DNA of 64,000 nt from an uncultured Dictyoglomota bacterium (GTDB taxonomy: Bacteria > Dictyoglomota > Dictyoglomia > Dictyoglomales > Dictyoglomaceae): positions 52,315 to 116,314 of the forward strand of contig CAZZIO010000022.1 in assembly GCA_964654465.1 (NCBI GenBank), read 5' to 3'. The notes under the pieces are model-generated. The model saw only the letters and a list, made by a program, of their open reading frames with translations. It did not search any database and was not told the DNA's origin. The number at the start of each line of letters is the position of its first letter. Within the stretch, counting starts at the first letter, position 1. Position numbers and translations under genes: made by a program. This document shows positions 9,516 through 20,146 of this stretch, one piece after another.

Positions 9516-9541
9516 GGGGAAAGCATTCTCAGCTTTCCCCT
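9516..9541 (-). terminator. Hairpin: terminator of the CBM lipoprotein genes and/or 5' stem of the DUF4388 mRNA
   Basis: Perfect inverted repeat AGGGGAAAGC-attctca-GCTTTCCCCT with only a short U tail on the minus strand. Confidence 0.55.
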
Positions 9542-9592
9542 ATATATTATAACATAGTTTTAAGATAAATTTAAAATTTCCCTTTTTATAAA

Positions 9593-10255
9593 TTATTTAA
9601 TAACCTTTGCTACCAATTCGAATAATTTAGGAGTAATTCTAAAGGCACTCTTCCCTTCTACAATCACAAGGTCATCAATATAAAAATCGAGAGAAGTATT
9701 TGATGGAGCCTCCACATATAAGCTAAGATCAAGAATAGAAACATTAGCAGGAATCTCATAAGTACCAGAAAGCTCTACCCATTTTCCATTAGGTACGTTA
9801 TTTTCATGCTTTATCCAATCATATTGAGTGTTAGAATCGGTATCATATTTTCTCTGCATAGTAAGGCCTAAATACTGACTTGATCCAGATTTTTGCATTA
9901 CCCATACAGATATGCTATAAACCTTACCTGGCTTTAATATATCCTTCAACTGAATCTGAGCGCCATGCCATCCTGCACTTCTTCCAGAGACATATAAACT
10001 ATACTTACCTGTATGTGCCTCTTTATCGGTTACTAAGATCTTCACATTATCCCCTCTTGCTGTCCATCCTTCTTCTTTGGAACTTTCAAAAGTTGTGATA
10101 ATTAAAGCGTTAGGAATATTTGGTACTGAAGCAACCTCTTTCTTAATCTCTTCTAAAATTTGATTTTGTTCTGTGTTAGACATAGGAGCCTTAGCACAGC
10201 CAGCAATAAAAAACAATACTATCAATAAAGAACAGATACTAAAGACCCTTTTCAT
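9593..10255 (-). CDS. Lipoprotein with a single CBM4/9-like (CBM22-type, xylan-binding) domain
   Basis: Lipobox FIAG-C. TFE..GWTARG, AHTGKYSLYVSGRSAGWHGAQ, WVELSGTY and LYVE..DFYIDD. No catalytic domain. Confidence 0.85.
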   Translation of the reverse strand: MKRVFSICSLLIVLFFIAGCAKAPMSNTEQNQILEEIKKEVASVPNIPNALIITTFESSKEEGWTARGDNVKILVTDKEAHTGKYSLYVSGRSAGWHGAQIQLKDILKPGKVYSISVWVMQKSGSSQYLGLTMQRKYDTDSNTQYDWIKHENNVPNGKWVELSGTYEIPANVSILDLSLYVEAPSNTSLDFYIDDLVIVEGKSAFRITPKLFELVAKVIK

Positions 10256-10315
10256 ACTCGGTACCTCCCTTGTTTATAAATTTTTAGAAATGGTGGAAAT
10301 TGTTTTTCCTCTCTC

Positions 10316-11137
10316 CTACTTTACCATTAAACCATCTATGTAATAGGACAAAGATTGATCTGGCGATTCAACATAAAGTAAAAGTTCTATTGCATCAGTA
10401 GGTACATTATAAGAACCTGAAAGCTCTACCCATGTCTCATTAGGTACATTCTTTTGCCAGACAATAGTATCATAGTTTGTACTTCCATCATTATTCGTTC
10501 TTTGCATAGTCAAAGTTATTTTTTGCTCTGATCCAGAATTTTGATAAACCCATACCTTTATACTATAAGTATTACCAGGTTGCAAATACTGTACTCCATC
10601 TTGAGAAAGTAAAGGTATTTGAGCTCCATGCCAATTACTGCTTCTACCAGATACGAATAAAGAATAATTTCCATATTTTGCCACATCAGAATTTATATTT
10701 ATAGATACCCCTGATCCCCTTGGTTGCCAAGATTGAATGGTTTCGTCCTCAAAACTTGTGCTAACAATTGGAACTTCAATTTGAAACTCATTCGATATCC
10801 TATTACCCTTATCATTATAAGCTTTTATTCTATAAGAATATACACTATTACGGGAAACACTATCATCAATATAAGAGGTCGTGTTAGGTTCTAATTGCGC
10901 TATTGATTCATATTGACCACTACTTGTTTTTCTTTCTACTATAAACCCATCTTCATTATTAGAATTATCCTTCCATACAAGTTTAACTCTTACCTCAGTT
11001 AATATGGGATCTACTAATTCAGCAATTAAATTAGAAGGTGCTTCAGGTAGTCCCTCTAATGATGTCTTTGGAGTACAGCCCCCAATTAGAATAAAGATAC
11101 AGAATAATAAACAAAGGACCAATAACTTTTTAAACAT
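10316..11137 (-). CDS. Lipoprotein with FN3 and CBM4/9-like (CBM22-type) domains
   Basis: Lipobox LIGG-C. FN3 motifs PEAPSNL..LVWKDNSNNEDGF..YSYRIKAYN. CBM motifs SFED..WQPRG..SLFVSGRSSNWHGAQ..YYID. Confidence 0.85.
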   Translation of the reverse strand: MFKKLLVLCLLFCIFILIGGCTPKTSLEGLPEAPSNLIAELVDPILTEVRVKLVWKDNSNNEDGFIVERKTSSGQYESIAQLEPNTTSYIDDSVSRNSVYSYRIKAYNDKGNRISNEFQIEVPIVSTSFEDETIQSWQPRGSGVSININSDVAKYGNYSLFVSGRSSNWHGAQIPLLSQDGVQYLQPGNTYSIKVWVYQNSGSEQKITLTMQRTNNDGSTNYDTIVWQKNVPNETWVELSGSYNVPTDAIELLLYVESPDQSLSYYIDGLMVK

Positions 11138-11193
11138 TACTTTGCACCTCCCCTTTATTTAAAAAAGTTTGTATAAACGTTTTAGAAAAATAT

Positions 11194-11230
11194 AAAAAGG
11201 GGGAGAAGGGATATAATTCCCTTCTCCCTC
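11194..11230 (-). terminator. Terminator/stabilising hairpin after the SBP gene
   Basis: GGGAGAAGGGA/TCCCTTCTCCC stem with a U-run on the minus strand. Confidence 0.75.
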
Positions 11231-11236
11231 AAAATT

Positions 11237-13153
11237 CTATTGTTTAAAGAAAAATTGTTCTGGGAATGAGTTAAGTTCAGATCTATAAGGATCATCCCAT
11301 AGTATTCCAGATGGGACATTTCTTAAATTGTTCTTTACTATTACAAGCTGAGGCAATCCTCCCACTGTTCCAATAATCCAAATATTCTTTCTATGTAAAG
11401 CTATGATTTGCTTTATTATTGTATCTCTCTTTCTTGCATCCACAGTTCTATTAAATTCATCCCATAGATCATATATTTTTCTAATATCTCCAGAAGGTTC
11501 TTCTCCTTCTTGTCCTTTAGTCCAATACCATCTGGCATAAAGAGGTGCCCAAGGACCATCTGTCCATGTTCCAAGTAATCTTCCTGCATTTATAGCCACA
11601 TTACTCATACGATCCATAACCCAAACACCAATTTCTATATCACCTGAATTACAATTTGTGGTATATAAACTTCTATCAACCTGTTTAACTATAGTTTTTA
11701 TACCTATAGCCTCCCAATAGCTCTTAATAAGCTCCATTGTGCTCATATTAGCACTTCCTGGATATGTAGTAAAACTTACTATTAGCTCAATTGGTTTTCC
11801 ATCTGGACCTAATCTAAATCCATCTTTCCCAACTTTTAAGCCCATTGCATCTAACAATATTTTAGCTCTCCCAGGATCATATTGAGCATAAGCTTTTGCC
11901 CAAGTCTCATCATAATATGCAGCTCCAGGTGGAATAGCTGCTTGCATTGGTACTCCTAAACCAAAGTAAAGAATCTTATTAATTTCTTCTCTGTTAATAG
12001 CAAGAGATAAAGCTTGTCTAAATCTTACATCTTGGAATAGTTTTCTCTTTACAGGATCTTTTATATTTTGATTTAGATATATAGCAGGATCTGCCCCTGT
12101 ACCAGTCCTCCAAACAAGTACCCTGTAATTTCCTTTATCTTTATTTTGCATGAATAAAGTATAATTGGGAAGCCTCATATGTCTTGCTTGAAAGTCTATC
12201 TCTCCAGCTATAGCCTTCATATTTATCATTTCTGCATCACTAACAAGGTAGTGTACTACTCTATCAATATATGGTAATTGGTTCCCTTCGGTATCTACTA
12301 CTGGATAATAAGGGTTTCTTTCCATAACGAATACTGGCTCATTAGGACTCTTGCTCACAATCTTCCAAGGTGACATGGTAGGTAAATCTGGATTCTGTAT
12401 ATAATCAATCATAAATTGGAATAGCTCATACCATTTATTAAAACCTTTTTGTTTGGCCATAGCCTCCAACTTGTCTTTTGGTGTATATTTAGGATGAAAT
12501 TGAGAGAGATAATGCTTTGGTGCATAAAAGCTAAAAGATCCTTTTGAATTATCAATAAACCATCCTTGGGTTGGGAAGGTATAAATAAACATCGGATTTG
12601 GATTTTTAAATTCTATTCTAAAAGTATAATCATCAACCTTAACAAATTTTGCTCTAACCCCATCCTGTACAAAAGCAGATGGGAATGTAGGAGTAAGCTC
12701 CTCATTACCTATTACATCTTCATACCAGAAAATTACATCATCAGTTGTAAGTGGATGGCCATCTGACCATTTTAATCCTTCTCTTAACTTAAAAGTAAAT
12801 ATCCTACCATCCTTAGAAATAGTATATTTCTCTACAAGCCATGGAAGAATCGTCTTACTATCAGAAGCCCATCTCATTAAATTGTTAGCATCATAGCATA
12901 TTTTAGCAATACCCCATCTATCACCAGGTCCTGTCCAAGCTCTTCTTAGAGTACCTCCATATCTACCAACTTCTTCAAGAGGTTTTACAACAATTGGATT
13001 TTTTGGTAATCTTTGCTCTACTGGTGGAAGTTTTCCTTCTTTTACAAGAGCCGAAAGCATAGGTGATTCATTGTATTTCTTTTGTCCTACAATAGTATTT
13101 CCGAAGATTAACAAGAATATTAACAAGAGAGATAATATTTTTATGGATCTCAT
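11237..13153 (-). CDS. ABC transporter substrate-binding protein, family 5 (Opp-type, likely oligosaccharide)
   Basis: Signal peptide, ESPML..GKLPPVEQRLP, GRYGG, KWSDGHP and GNQLPYID. Confidence 0.9.
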   Translation of the reverse strand: MRSIKILSLLLIFLLIFGNTIVGQKKYNESPMLSALVKEGKLPPVEQRLPKNPIVVKPLEEVGRYGGTLRRAWTGPGDRWGIAKICYDANNLMRWASDSKTILPWLVEKYTISKDGRIFTFKLREGLKWSDGHPLTTDDVIFWYEDVIGNEELTPTFPSAFVQDGVRAKFVKVDDYTFRIEFKNPNPMFIYTFPTQGWFIDNSKGSFSFYAPKHYLSQFHPKYTPKDKLEAMAKQKGFNKWYELFQFMIDYIQNPDLPTMSPWKIVSKSPNEPVFVMERNPYYPVVDTEGNQLPYIDRVVHYLVSDAEMINMKAIAGEIDFQARHMRLPNYTLFMQNKDKGNYRVLVWRTGTGADPAIYLNQNIKDPVKRKLFQDVRFRQALSLAINREEINKILYFGLGVPMQAAIPPGAAYYDETWAKAYAQYDPGRAKILLDAMGLKVGKDGFRLGPDGKPIELIVSFTTYPGSANMSTMELIKSYWEAIGIKTIVKQVDRSLYTTNCNSGDIEIGVWVMDRMSNVAINAGRLLGTWTDGPWAPLYARWYWTKGQEGEEPSGDIRKIYDLWDEFNRTVDARKRDTIIKQIIALHRKNIWIIGTVGGLPQLVIVKNNLRNVPSGILWDDPYRSELNSFPEQFFFKQ

Positions 13154-13171
13154 CTTTTAACCCCCTCTCAT

Positions 13172-14182
13172 CTATACAATTGGAATACCCTTCAAGTCAA
13201 GTTCTTTAGCAAAATGACAAGCCACGTAATGTTCATTACCTATATCAATTAAATCTGGCATCACCTCCTTACATATTTCCTTAGCATAATTACACCTTGG
13301 ATGAAAATAACATCCAGAAGGAGGGTTTGAAGCATCAGGTACTTCTCCCTTTAATAAAATTCTACGAGTTCGCATCTTCGGATCAGGTTTCGGAACAGCA
13401 GAAAGTAAAGCTTCTGTATATGGATGTCTTGGTTTTTCAAAGATTTCCTCTGTCCTTGCCAATTCTACAATCTTACCTACATACATAACAGCCACCCTAT
13501 CACAAATATGTTCTACTACTCCTAAATCATGAGATATAAAAAGATAGGTTAAATGAAATTCTTCTTGTAAATCTTTAAGAAGATTCAACACTTGGGCCTG
13601 AATTGAAACATCAAGAGCAGAAACTGGTTCATCACAAACCACTAATTTAGGATTAAGAGCCAAAGCCCTTGCAATACTTATTCTTTGTCTCTGTCCACCA
13701 GAAAAAGCATGAGGATATCTTCTCATATATTCAGGTCTTAATCCAACTTTCCTCATTAAATCTGCTACCCGTTCCTCTAACTCCTTACCCTTTGCAATCC
13801 CATTTACAAGAAGCGGCTCTCCAATAATCTCTTTAACAGTCATTCTTGGGTTCAAAGATCTAAAAGGATCCTGAAAGACCATCTGCATATATTTTCTAAC
13901 TTTATTTAATTCATTATTGGGTAGCTTAGCCACATTAATAGATATTCCATCAACATGAAGAATAACATCTCCTCCTGTTGGGTCATATGCCCTCAATATT
14001 ACTTTACCAGTCGTAGTTTTTCCACAACCAGACTCACCAACAAGCCCTAAGGTTTCTCCCTCCCTTACAAAAAAGCTAATATCATCTACAGCTTTAACCG
14101 TTGCAATCTGTTTTTTAAAGAAGCCTTTTGTCACAGGAAAATATTTCTTCAAATTTTTTACTTCCAAAAGGATACCATTCAT
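13172..14182 (-). CDS. Opp/Dpp-family ABC ATPase (OppF-like)
   Basis: [24 protein letters not shown] and the C-terminal GCYFHPRC. Confidence 0.93.
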   Translation of the reverse strand: MNGILLEVKNLKKYFPVTKGFFKKQIATVKAVDDISFFVREGETLGLVGESGCGKTTTGKVILRAYDPTGGDVILHVDGISINVAKLPNNELNKVRKYMQMVFQDPFRSLNPRMTVKEIIGEPLLVNGIAKGKELEERVADLMRKVGLRPEYMRRYPHAFSGGQRQRISIARALALNPKLVVCDEPVSALDVSIQAQVLNLLKDLQEEFHLTYLFISHDLGVVEHICDRVAVMYVGKIVELARTEEIFEKPRHPYTEALLSAVPKPDPKMRTRRILLKGEVPDASNPPSGCYFHPRCNYAKEICKEVMPDLIDIGNEHYVACHFAKELDLKGIPIV

Positions 14183-15180
14183 GACTTTTCTACCTCTCCA
14201 TAAAGTAAACAGCTCACTTTATGTCCTGGTTTTACTTCTTTTAATTCTGGAACTCTTACATTACATAAACCATTTACAAATTGTGGACATCTTGGATGAA
14301 ATGTACAACCAGTTGGCATATTGTAAGGATCAGGAACAATTCCTTTTATAGCTTTTAATCTTCCCCTAACTTTCTTTCCTATTTTAGGAATAGATTCCAA
14401 TAAGGCTTTCGTGTAAGGATGTAAGGGGTCATAGAATATATCTTCCACCGAACCACTCTCCACTATCTTTCCAAGATACATTACTATAACCTCTTCTGCC
14501 ATTTCTGCTATAACTCCTAAGTTATGGGTTATCATCATAACTGCCATGCCAAATTGTTTCTGTAATTCCTTCATAAGCTCTAATATTTGAGCTTGAATTG
14601 TCACATCTAAGTTAGTTGTAGGTTCATCCGCTATCAATAATCTTGGTCTACAAGATAAAGCCATAGCAATCATTGCCCTTTGTAACATTCCACCACTGAA
14701 TTGATGAGGATATTCATCTATTCTCAATTCTGGTCTTGGAATTCCTGCAATCCTCATTAACTCAATTGCTGCTTCTCTCGCAGACTTTTTGTCAAGCTTT
14801 TGATGTAACATAATAGCCTCTATAATCTGTTCCCCCACAGTATGTACAGGAGAAAAAGAGGCTCCAGGTTCTTGGAATATCATAGCAATCTCTTTCCCTC
14901 TTATACTTCTAATTTCGTTCCCCTTAGGATCTAACTTTACCAGATCAATAATTTCTCCATCTCTATATAAAAAGATTTCTCCTTGAATTTTACTTCTTGG
15001 ACCAGTTAACTTTAATATGGAAAGGGCGGTAACGCTTTTACCACAACCCGATTCTCCAACAATCCCAAGAGTTTTTCCTTGCTTAATATCAAAGCTAATT
15101 CCATCAACTGCCTTTACCACTCCCTCTTCTAACACAAAATACGTTCTTAAATCTTTTACTTCCAATAATTTATCCATCAT
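14179..15180 (-). CDS. Opp/Dpp-family ABC ATPase (OppD-like)
   Basis: [24 protein letters not shown] and GCTFHPRC. Confidence 0.93.
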   Translation of the reverse strand: MMDKLLEVKDLRTYFVLEEGVVKAVDGISFDIKQGKTLGIVGESGCGKSVTALSILKLTGPRSKIQGEIFLYRDGEIIDLVKLDPKGNEIRSIRGKEIAMIFQEPGASFSPVHTVGEQIIEAIMLHQKLDKKSAREAAIELMRIAGIPRPELRIDEYPHQFSGGMLQRAMIAMALSCRPRLLIADEPTTNLDVTIQAQILELMKELQKQFGMAVMMITHNLGVIAEMAEEVIVMYLGKIVESGSVEDIFYDPLHPYTKALLESIPKIGKKVRGRLKAIKGIVPDPYNMPTGCTFHPRCPQFVNGLCNVRVPELKEVKPGHKVSCLLYGEVEKS

Positions 15181-15190
15181 TTATTCCTCC

Positions 15191-16330
15191 TTATCTCGCA
15201 TAAGGATCTGCCGCATCCCTCAAACCATCTCCTACAAAATTAAAAGAAAGAACAACTAATATTACAAACAAAACAGGAAGGAGTAACCAAGGAGCCAATG
15301 CCACAGTTCTAAAGTTTTGAGCATCCTGTATTAAAACCCCCCAACTAAGAGCAGGTGGTCTTATACCTAAGCCCAAGAAACTAAGAGATGTCTCTCCAAT
15401 AATCATGCTAGGTATTGACAGGGTTAAAGAAGCTATAATATGGCTTAAGAAAGATGGTAATAAGTGTCTAAATATAACTCTTCTTTCACTGGCTCCAGCT
15501 AATTTTGCAGCTGTAACAAAATCTTCCTCTCTTAAAGACAAAAACTTACTTCTTACCTCACGAGCAAGACCCGTCCAACCAATAAAAGAAAGTATTATGG
15601 ATATTGCAAAATAAACCTTTACAGGAGACCAATTAGCAGGTACAGCTGCGGAAAGTGCCATCCATAGAGGTAATGTTGGTATACTTCTTAAAATTTCTAT
15701 AACTCTTTGAATAAGCAAGTCAAAAGGACCACCAAAATATCCTGAAATACCCCCAATCACTATTCCAAAAATAAAACTTAAAAAAATACCTACAAGACCC
15801 ACAGTGGTAGAAATTCTCGTACCATATATTACCCTAGAAAATACATCTCTGCCTAAGCTATCAGTACCAAATAAAAATATGTGTCCATCTCCCTCTACTC
15901 CAAATAGATGAATATTACTTTTAAATAAACCTAATACTTTATACTCATGGCCCCTAACAAAAAATTTAATAGGATACTTTTTGGATTTATCTTCTGTATA
16001 GATCCTTTTTAAGGTATTAGGATCAACCTCCATTTTATATGCATATACAAAAGGCCTCAAATGAAAGCCAGTTTCATCAATAAAATGAATTTTTTGAGGT
16101 GGTGCAAGTACATAACGAACATCGTATTTGTAGGGATCACTTGGAGCAAAAAATTCACAAAAGACTGCAATTATATAAAAGATTATTAATATTATACCTC
16201 CTAAAATAGCCAATTTGTTTCTTTTGAATCTCCACCACATAAGTTTCCATTGAGAAGCCACATAAATTTTTTCCTCCTTCTCTATATAACTTTCTTCTAT
16301 TATTTCTTCTCTCTTTTCCATCTTTGACAT
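15191..16330 (-). CDS. Opp-family ABC permease (OppC-like)
   Basis: FGTDSLGRD, the EAA loop FVTAAKLAGAS and ETSLSFLGLG. Start set at ATG 16330 behind GGAGGG. Confidence 0.92.
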   Translation of the reverse strand: MSKMEKREEIIEESYIEKEEKIYVASQWKLMWWRFKRNKLAILGGIILIIFYIIAVFCEFFAPSDPYKYDVRYVLAPPQKIHFIDETGFHLRPFVYAYKMEVDPNTLKRIYTEDKSKKYPIKFFVRGHEYKVLGLFKSNIHLFGVEGDGHIFLFGTDSLGRDVFSRVIYGTRISTTVGLVGIFLSFIFGIVIGGISGYFGGPFDLLIQRVIEILRSIPTLPLWMALSAAVPANWSPVKVYFAISIILSFIGWTGLAREVRSKFLSLREEDFVTAAKLAGASERRVIFRHLLPSFLSHIIASLTLSIPSMIIGETSLSFLGLGIRPPALSWGVLIQDAQNFRTVALAPWLLLPVLFVILVVLSFNFVGDGLRDAADPYAR

Positions 16331-16340
16331 ATTATCCCTC

Positions 16341-17324
16341 CTATTCATACCTTACCCTTGGATCTACCCATGCAAGAAGAATATCTGAGATCAATGTACC
16401 CAATAAGGTTAAACAACTTAACATAAGGAGGAATGCACCAGCTAAATACATATCCTGATTTCTTAAAGATTCTAAGAGCAAAGGTCCTGATGTAGGTAAA
16501 TTTAATACGATAGCTGTAATCTCAGCTCCTGAAACCAAAAACGGAAGTGACCAACCAACAGTACTTATAAAAGGAATTAAAGCTATTCTAAGAGGATATT
16601 TAAATACTACTTTCCATTCTTGAAGTCCTTTTGCTCTTGCTGTTAATACATATGGCTTATTCAATTCATCTAAAAGATTAGCTCTTAGAGTTCTTATCAT
16701 TCCTGCTGTGTTTGCAAGTCCAATAATCACTACTGGAACCCATATATGTTTCAACATATCTAAAAATTTTGCTAAACTCCAAGGAGCTTCTAAATATTCA
16801 GGAGAAAAAAGTCCTGTAAGATTTTGTCCAAAATAAGCATAAGCTACCCATAGCAATATTAAAGCAACCATAAAAGCAGGTACAGAAAGACCAATATATC
16901 CTAAAAAGGTAAATAAATAATCTCCAAAAGAGTATTGGTGAGTGGCAGAGTAGGTACCAATTAAAAATCCTACAACCCATATAAAGATAAGTGTAAATAA
17001 AGAAATAACGAAGGTTATTGCAAGCCTTTCTCCTATGAGTTCACTTACTGGTCTATTATATAAAAGAGATCTACCAAAATCCCCATGTAACACATTCCAT
17101 ATCCATAATAAATATTGCTCCCATATGGGTTTATCAAGACCATATTGTTTTTTTAAAGCTTCAATTGTTTCAAGATTTACAGACTCACCACTTGTAGCAA
17201 GTTGAGCTATATAAGAAGTAAGAAAATCCCCTGGAGGAAGTTGTATCACTATAAAAACAATTATAGATATAAAGAACAAAGTTAATATCATATATAGAAG
17301 TCTTTTGATGATATATTCTTTCAC
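16341..17324 (-). CDS. Opp-family ABC permease (OppB-like)
   Basis: YIIKRL..QLPPGD, YGLDKP, GDFGRS, TARAKGL and DPRVRY. Confidence 0.92.
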   Translation of the reverse strand: MKEYIIKRLLYMILTLFFISIIVFIVIQLPPGDFLTSYIAQLATSGESVNLETIEALKKQYGLDKPIWEQYLLWIWNVLHGDFGRSLLYNRPVSELIGERLAITFVISLFTLIFIWVVGFLIGTYSATHQYSFGDYLFTFLGYIGLSVPAFMVALILLWVAYAYFGQNLTGLFSPEYLEAPWSLAKFLDMLKHIWVPVVIIGLANTAGMIRTLRANLLDELNKPYVLTARAKGLQEWKVVFKYPLRIALIPFISTVGWSLPFLVSGAEITAIVLNLPTSGPLLLESLRNQDMYLAGAFLLMLSCLTLLGTLISDILLAWVDPRVRYE

Positions 17325-17394
17325 TTCTTTTCCCCCTTTAATCTATTCCAAGGATAATTTTTGATCCCCTTAAAAATTATTATCCACTTTATAA

Positions 17395-17450
17395 GAAAAC
17401 GCTTTGCAATCGTTTGCTTATAATATAAATTAAATTTTATTTTATGTCAA
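17395..17450 (-). promoter_or_regulatory. ABC operon promoter (TTGACA-17-TATATT) with LacI-type operator(s) GAAAACGCTTT-GCAATCGTTTGC
   Basis: -35 at 17445-17450 and -10 at 17422-17427. The CG-centred pseudo-palindrome GCAATCGTTTGC at 17406-17417 lies near the predicted +1. Confidence 0.7.
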
Positions 17451-17588
17451 TATTAAAGAAAGGTTTCATAAAAAAACTAATAAATGGTTCCAGTTTTATA
17501 TTTCTTCTTGAAAGAATTCTTAAAAAAATTTAGAATAAAACAAACTGATTACAAAAAAATAAAAAATTTAAAGGAGAGAAGGAAGCAT

Positions 17589-18623
17589 ATGAGAAGACAA
17601 GAAAAAAAATCTCCAACAATGAAAGATGTGGCTAAATTAGCGGGAGTTTCCATTAGTACTGTTTCTCATGTGATAAATAAAACAAGATATGTAGAAAAAG
17701 AAACAAGAGAAAGAGTATATGAAGCTATAAAAACCTTAGGATATAGACCTAACATTTTAGCTAGTAGTTTACGAAAAAAAATAACTAATACCATAGGATT
17801 AATAATATCTAATATTACAAACCTATTCTATCCAGAGGTTGTTAGGGGCGTAGAGGATTATCTCACAAAATTTAACTATAATCTAATATTATGTAACTCT
17901 GATGAAGATGTAGAAAAGGAAAAAAACTATATAGAAGTGCTATTTAGTAGAAGAGTAGATGGATTAATAATTACTCCAAGTAAAAGTAGTGAAACAAGAG
18001 AAAATCTGGATTTATTTAGGGAAAAAAATATACCAATTGTTTTAGTAGATAGGAAAATAGAAGGATTAGATGAAGATGTGGTTTTAGTAGATAATGTGAA
18101 AGGTACTTATGATGCTATAAATTATTTAATAAGTTTAGGACATAAGAGAATTGGTATAATTACAGGACCATTAGACACTACAACAGGGTATGAAAGATTG
18201 GAGGGATATCTTAAAGCTTTAGAAGATAATAATATTAAAAAAGATAACAATTTAATTTATGAAGGAGACTTTAAAGAAAAGGGAGGTTATGAAGGAACAA
18301 GCTATCTTTTAAACTTAAAAAATCCACCAACAGCTATTTTCTCAAGTAATAACTTAATGGTGTTAGGATCACTAAAAAGGATTACTGAAATAGGAGTAAA
18401 AATTCCTTCTGATCTATCATTAATATCTTTTGATGATATGGAATGGTTCCCATATTTTTCACCCCCCCTAACAGCTGTATATCAACCAGCATATGAACTT
18501 GGTGAAACAGCTGTAAAACTTTTATTTGAAAGGCTTAAAAGAGGCAGAAAAAAGAAAAAAGAGGTTATACTACCCACCAAATTAGTAATAAGAGAATCAT
18601 GTGCTCCCCCTAAAAAAATATGA
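17589..18623 (+). CDS. LacI-family transcriptional regulator (probable xylan/xylose regulon repressor)
   Basis: TMKDVAKLAGVSISTVSHVIN HTH, YRPN hinge and an effector domain. Divergent from the ABC operon. Start moved to ATG 17589. Confidence 0.93.
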   Translation: MRRQEKKSPTMKDVAKLAGVSISTVSHVINKTRYVEKETRERVYEAIKTLGYRPNILASSLRKKITNTIGLIISNITNLFYPEVVRGVEDYLTKFNYNLILCNSDEDVEKEKNYIEVLFSRRVDGLIITPSKSSETRENLDLFREKNIPIVLVDRKIEGLDEDVVLVDNVKGTYDAINYLISLGHKRIGIITGPLDTTTGYERLEGYLKALEDNNIKKDNNLIYEGDFKEKGGYEGTSYLLNLKNPPTAIFSSNNLMVLGSLKRITEIGVKIPSDLSLISFDDMEWFPYFSPPLTAVYQPAYELGETAVKLLFERLKRGRKKKKEVILPTKLVIRESCAPPKKI

Positions 18624-19123
18624 TTAAAATATATAATGCTTATTTAGATATTGAAACCACAGGGCTAAATCCTGCATCATCTTATATTACAGTTGTAGGT
18701 ATACTTTTGGAAAACGATTATGAAGAATATTTTCACCAACTAATAGGTCCTGAAATAACAGCTTATAATATCATAATTTTATTGGAAAAAGCTCATACAT
18801 TGTATACTTATAATGGATCTCGTTTTGATTTACCTTTCATAAAGGAAAAATTAGGTCTTGATCTTGAAGAACATATATACCATCAGGATTTAATGTATTC
18901 ATGCTGGAAAAGGGGTTTATACGGAGGCTTAAAAAGAATTGAGGAAAAATTAGGTATCACAAGAAAATTAAAAAATATAGATGGTAAGATGGCTGTAATC
19001 TTATGGAATCATTATATAGAATATGGAGACATCTACGCTTTAAGATTATTATTAGAATACAATCGTGAAGATGTGATAAACCTTAAAATATTGAAGGAAA
19101 AATTACTACCATTAAATTTGTAA
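18620..19123 (+). CDS. RNase H-like (YprB/RNase_H_2) exonuclease domain protein
   Basis: LDIETTGL, TYNGSRFDLPF, GGLKRIE and YNREDV (DEDD-type acidic residues). Confidence 0.85.
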   Translation: MIKIYNAYLDIETTGLNPASSYITVVGILLENDYEEYFHQLIGPEITAYNIIILLEKAHTLYTYNGSRFDLPFIKEKLGLDLEEHIYHQDLMYSCWKRGLYGGLKRIEEKLGITRKLKNIDGKMAVILWNHYIEYGDIYALRLLLEYNREDVINLKILKEKLLPLNL

Positions 19124-20095
19124 TTTCCAACACTGGAAATCCTCAGCATATATATCATCAAAAAAGGAATAAGTCAAGGCCCTACAACCTATACAATCAG
19201 CCTCAGAACATAAACGGCACTTTCCCTTTAATTTATTTCTACTAAAATTATCCCTAAATTTTACAATCTTTTCATAAATTATACTGAAATCATCATATAA
19301 AGCATTTCCCAAAATCAAAGGTAATCTCCTACAAGGGTAAATGTCTCCATTCGGCATAATAGCACATGACTCTCCTAAATTGCACAAGGCTCCCCAGATA
19401 GTATTTTTCTCAAAATCAACATAAAAAGCTTTATAGGGTAAGAGATCTTCAACTTCACCATCACTCCAAAATGAAATTCTTTCTACTACATCATACCATT
19501 CCTTATAAGAAAGAACCATTTCTTTAATCTTATTTCCTTCGCCTAACGGAATAAATCTTTCAAGTATAAAGCCCTTTGCTCCTACTTTTTCTGCAAGCCT
19601 GTACATCAGATCCAATTCTTTGTAATTATATTTTGCTAGAGTGAACATTAACAGAAAAGGATATGAGATATTTTCAAGATTACTTATAACTCTTTTAAAA
19701 ACCCCTTCTCCTCTTATAAGGTCATTAGTTTTTTCTGTCGCTCCTTCCAAAGAAACTTTTAAGTATTTTAATCTTTTAAACTTTTTAAGATGATTTTCAT
19801 CCTTAAAATTTACACCATTAGTTATTATATTAACATCCTTAATTACCTGAATCTTTTCAATTTCTTCTAAAAGAGGAATTAAATGGGGGAATAAAAAAGG
19901 TTCACCACCCGTTAAATTGATGCTAACAGTCTCAAAGTTTTGCTTCTCAAAGTAATTCACCAAATTATAAAGGATCTTTTTAATATCATCAAAAGACTTA
20001 TCTTTTCTATTATCATAACTATCTTGATAACAATGCTTACATCTAAGATTACAAAGATCTGTTAAATGCCATTGGAAAGAAAATTCTTTACCCAT
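19112..20095 (-). CDS. Radical SAM/SPASM domain protein
   Basis: CNLRCKHC and TGGEP. SPASM cysteines C..GDIYPC..KCRLC..CIGCRA..QC. Confidence 0.9.
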   Translation of the reverse strand: MGKEFSFQWHLTDLCNLRCKHCYQDSYDNRKDKSFDDIKKILYNLVNYFEKQNFETVSINLTGGEPFLFPHLIPLLEEIEKIQVIKDVNIITNGVNFKDENHLKKFKRLKYLKVSLEGATEKTNDLIRGEGVFKRVISNLENISYPFLLMFTLAKYNYKELDLMYRLAEKVGAKGFILERFIPLGEGNKIKEMVLSYKEWYDVVERISFWSDGEVEDLLPYKAFYVDFEKNTIWGALCNLGESCAIMPNGDIYPCRRLPLILGNALYDDFSIIYEKIVKFRDNFSRNKLKGKCRLCSEADCIGCRALTYSFFDDIYAEDFQCWKLQI

Positions 20096-20146
20096 AAATA
20101 AATCTCTATATTTTGATATAATATGTATAAAAGGAGGTGATTTCTG

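Noticed and set aside
17484-17588. 35-aa N-terminal extension of LacI
   Set aside because: This is AT-rich promoter DNA. The SD-like AAGGAG..AAGGAAG precedes ATG 17589.
18620-19123. RNase H-like nuclease as a defence or Cas-associated gene
   Set aside because: No helicase partner, cas genes or CRISPR repeats are nearby; the overlap with the LacI gene looks like compaction.
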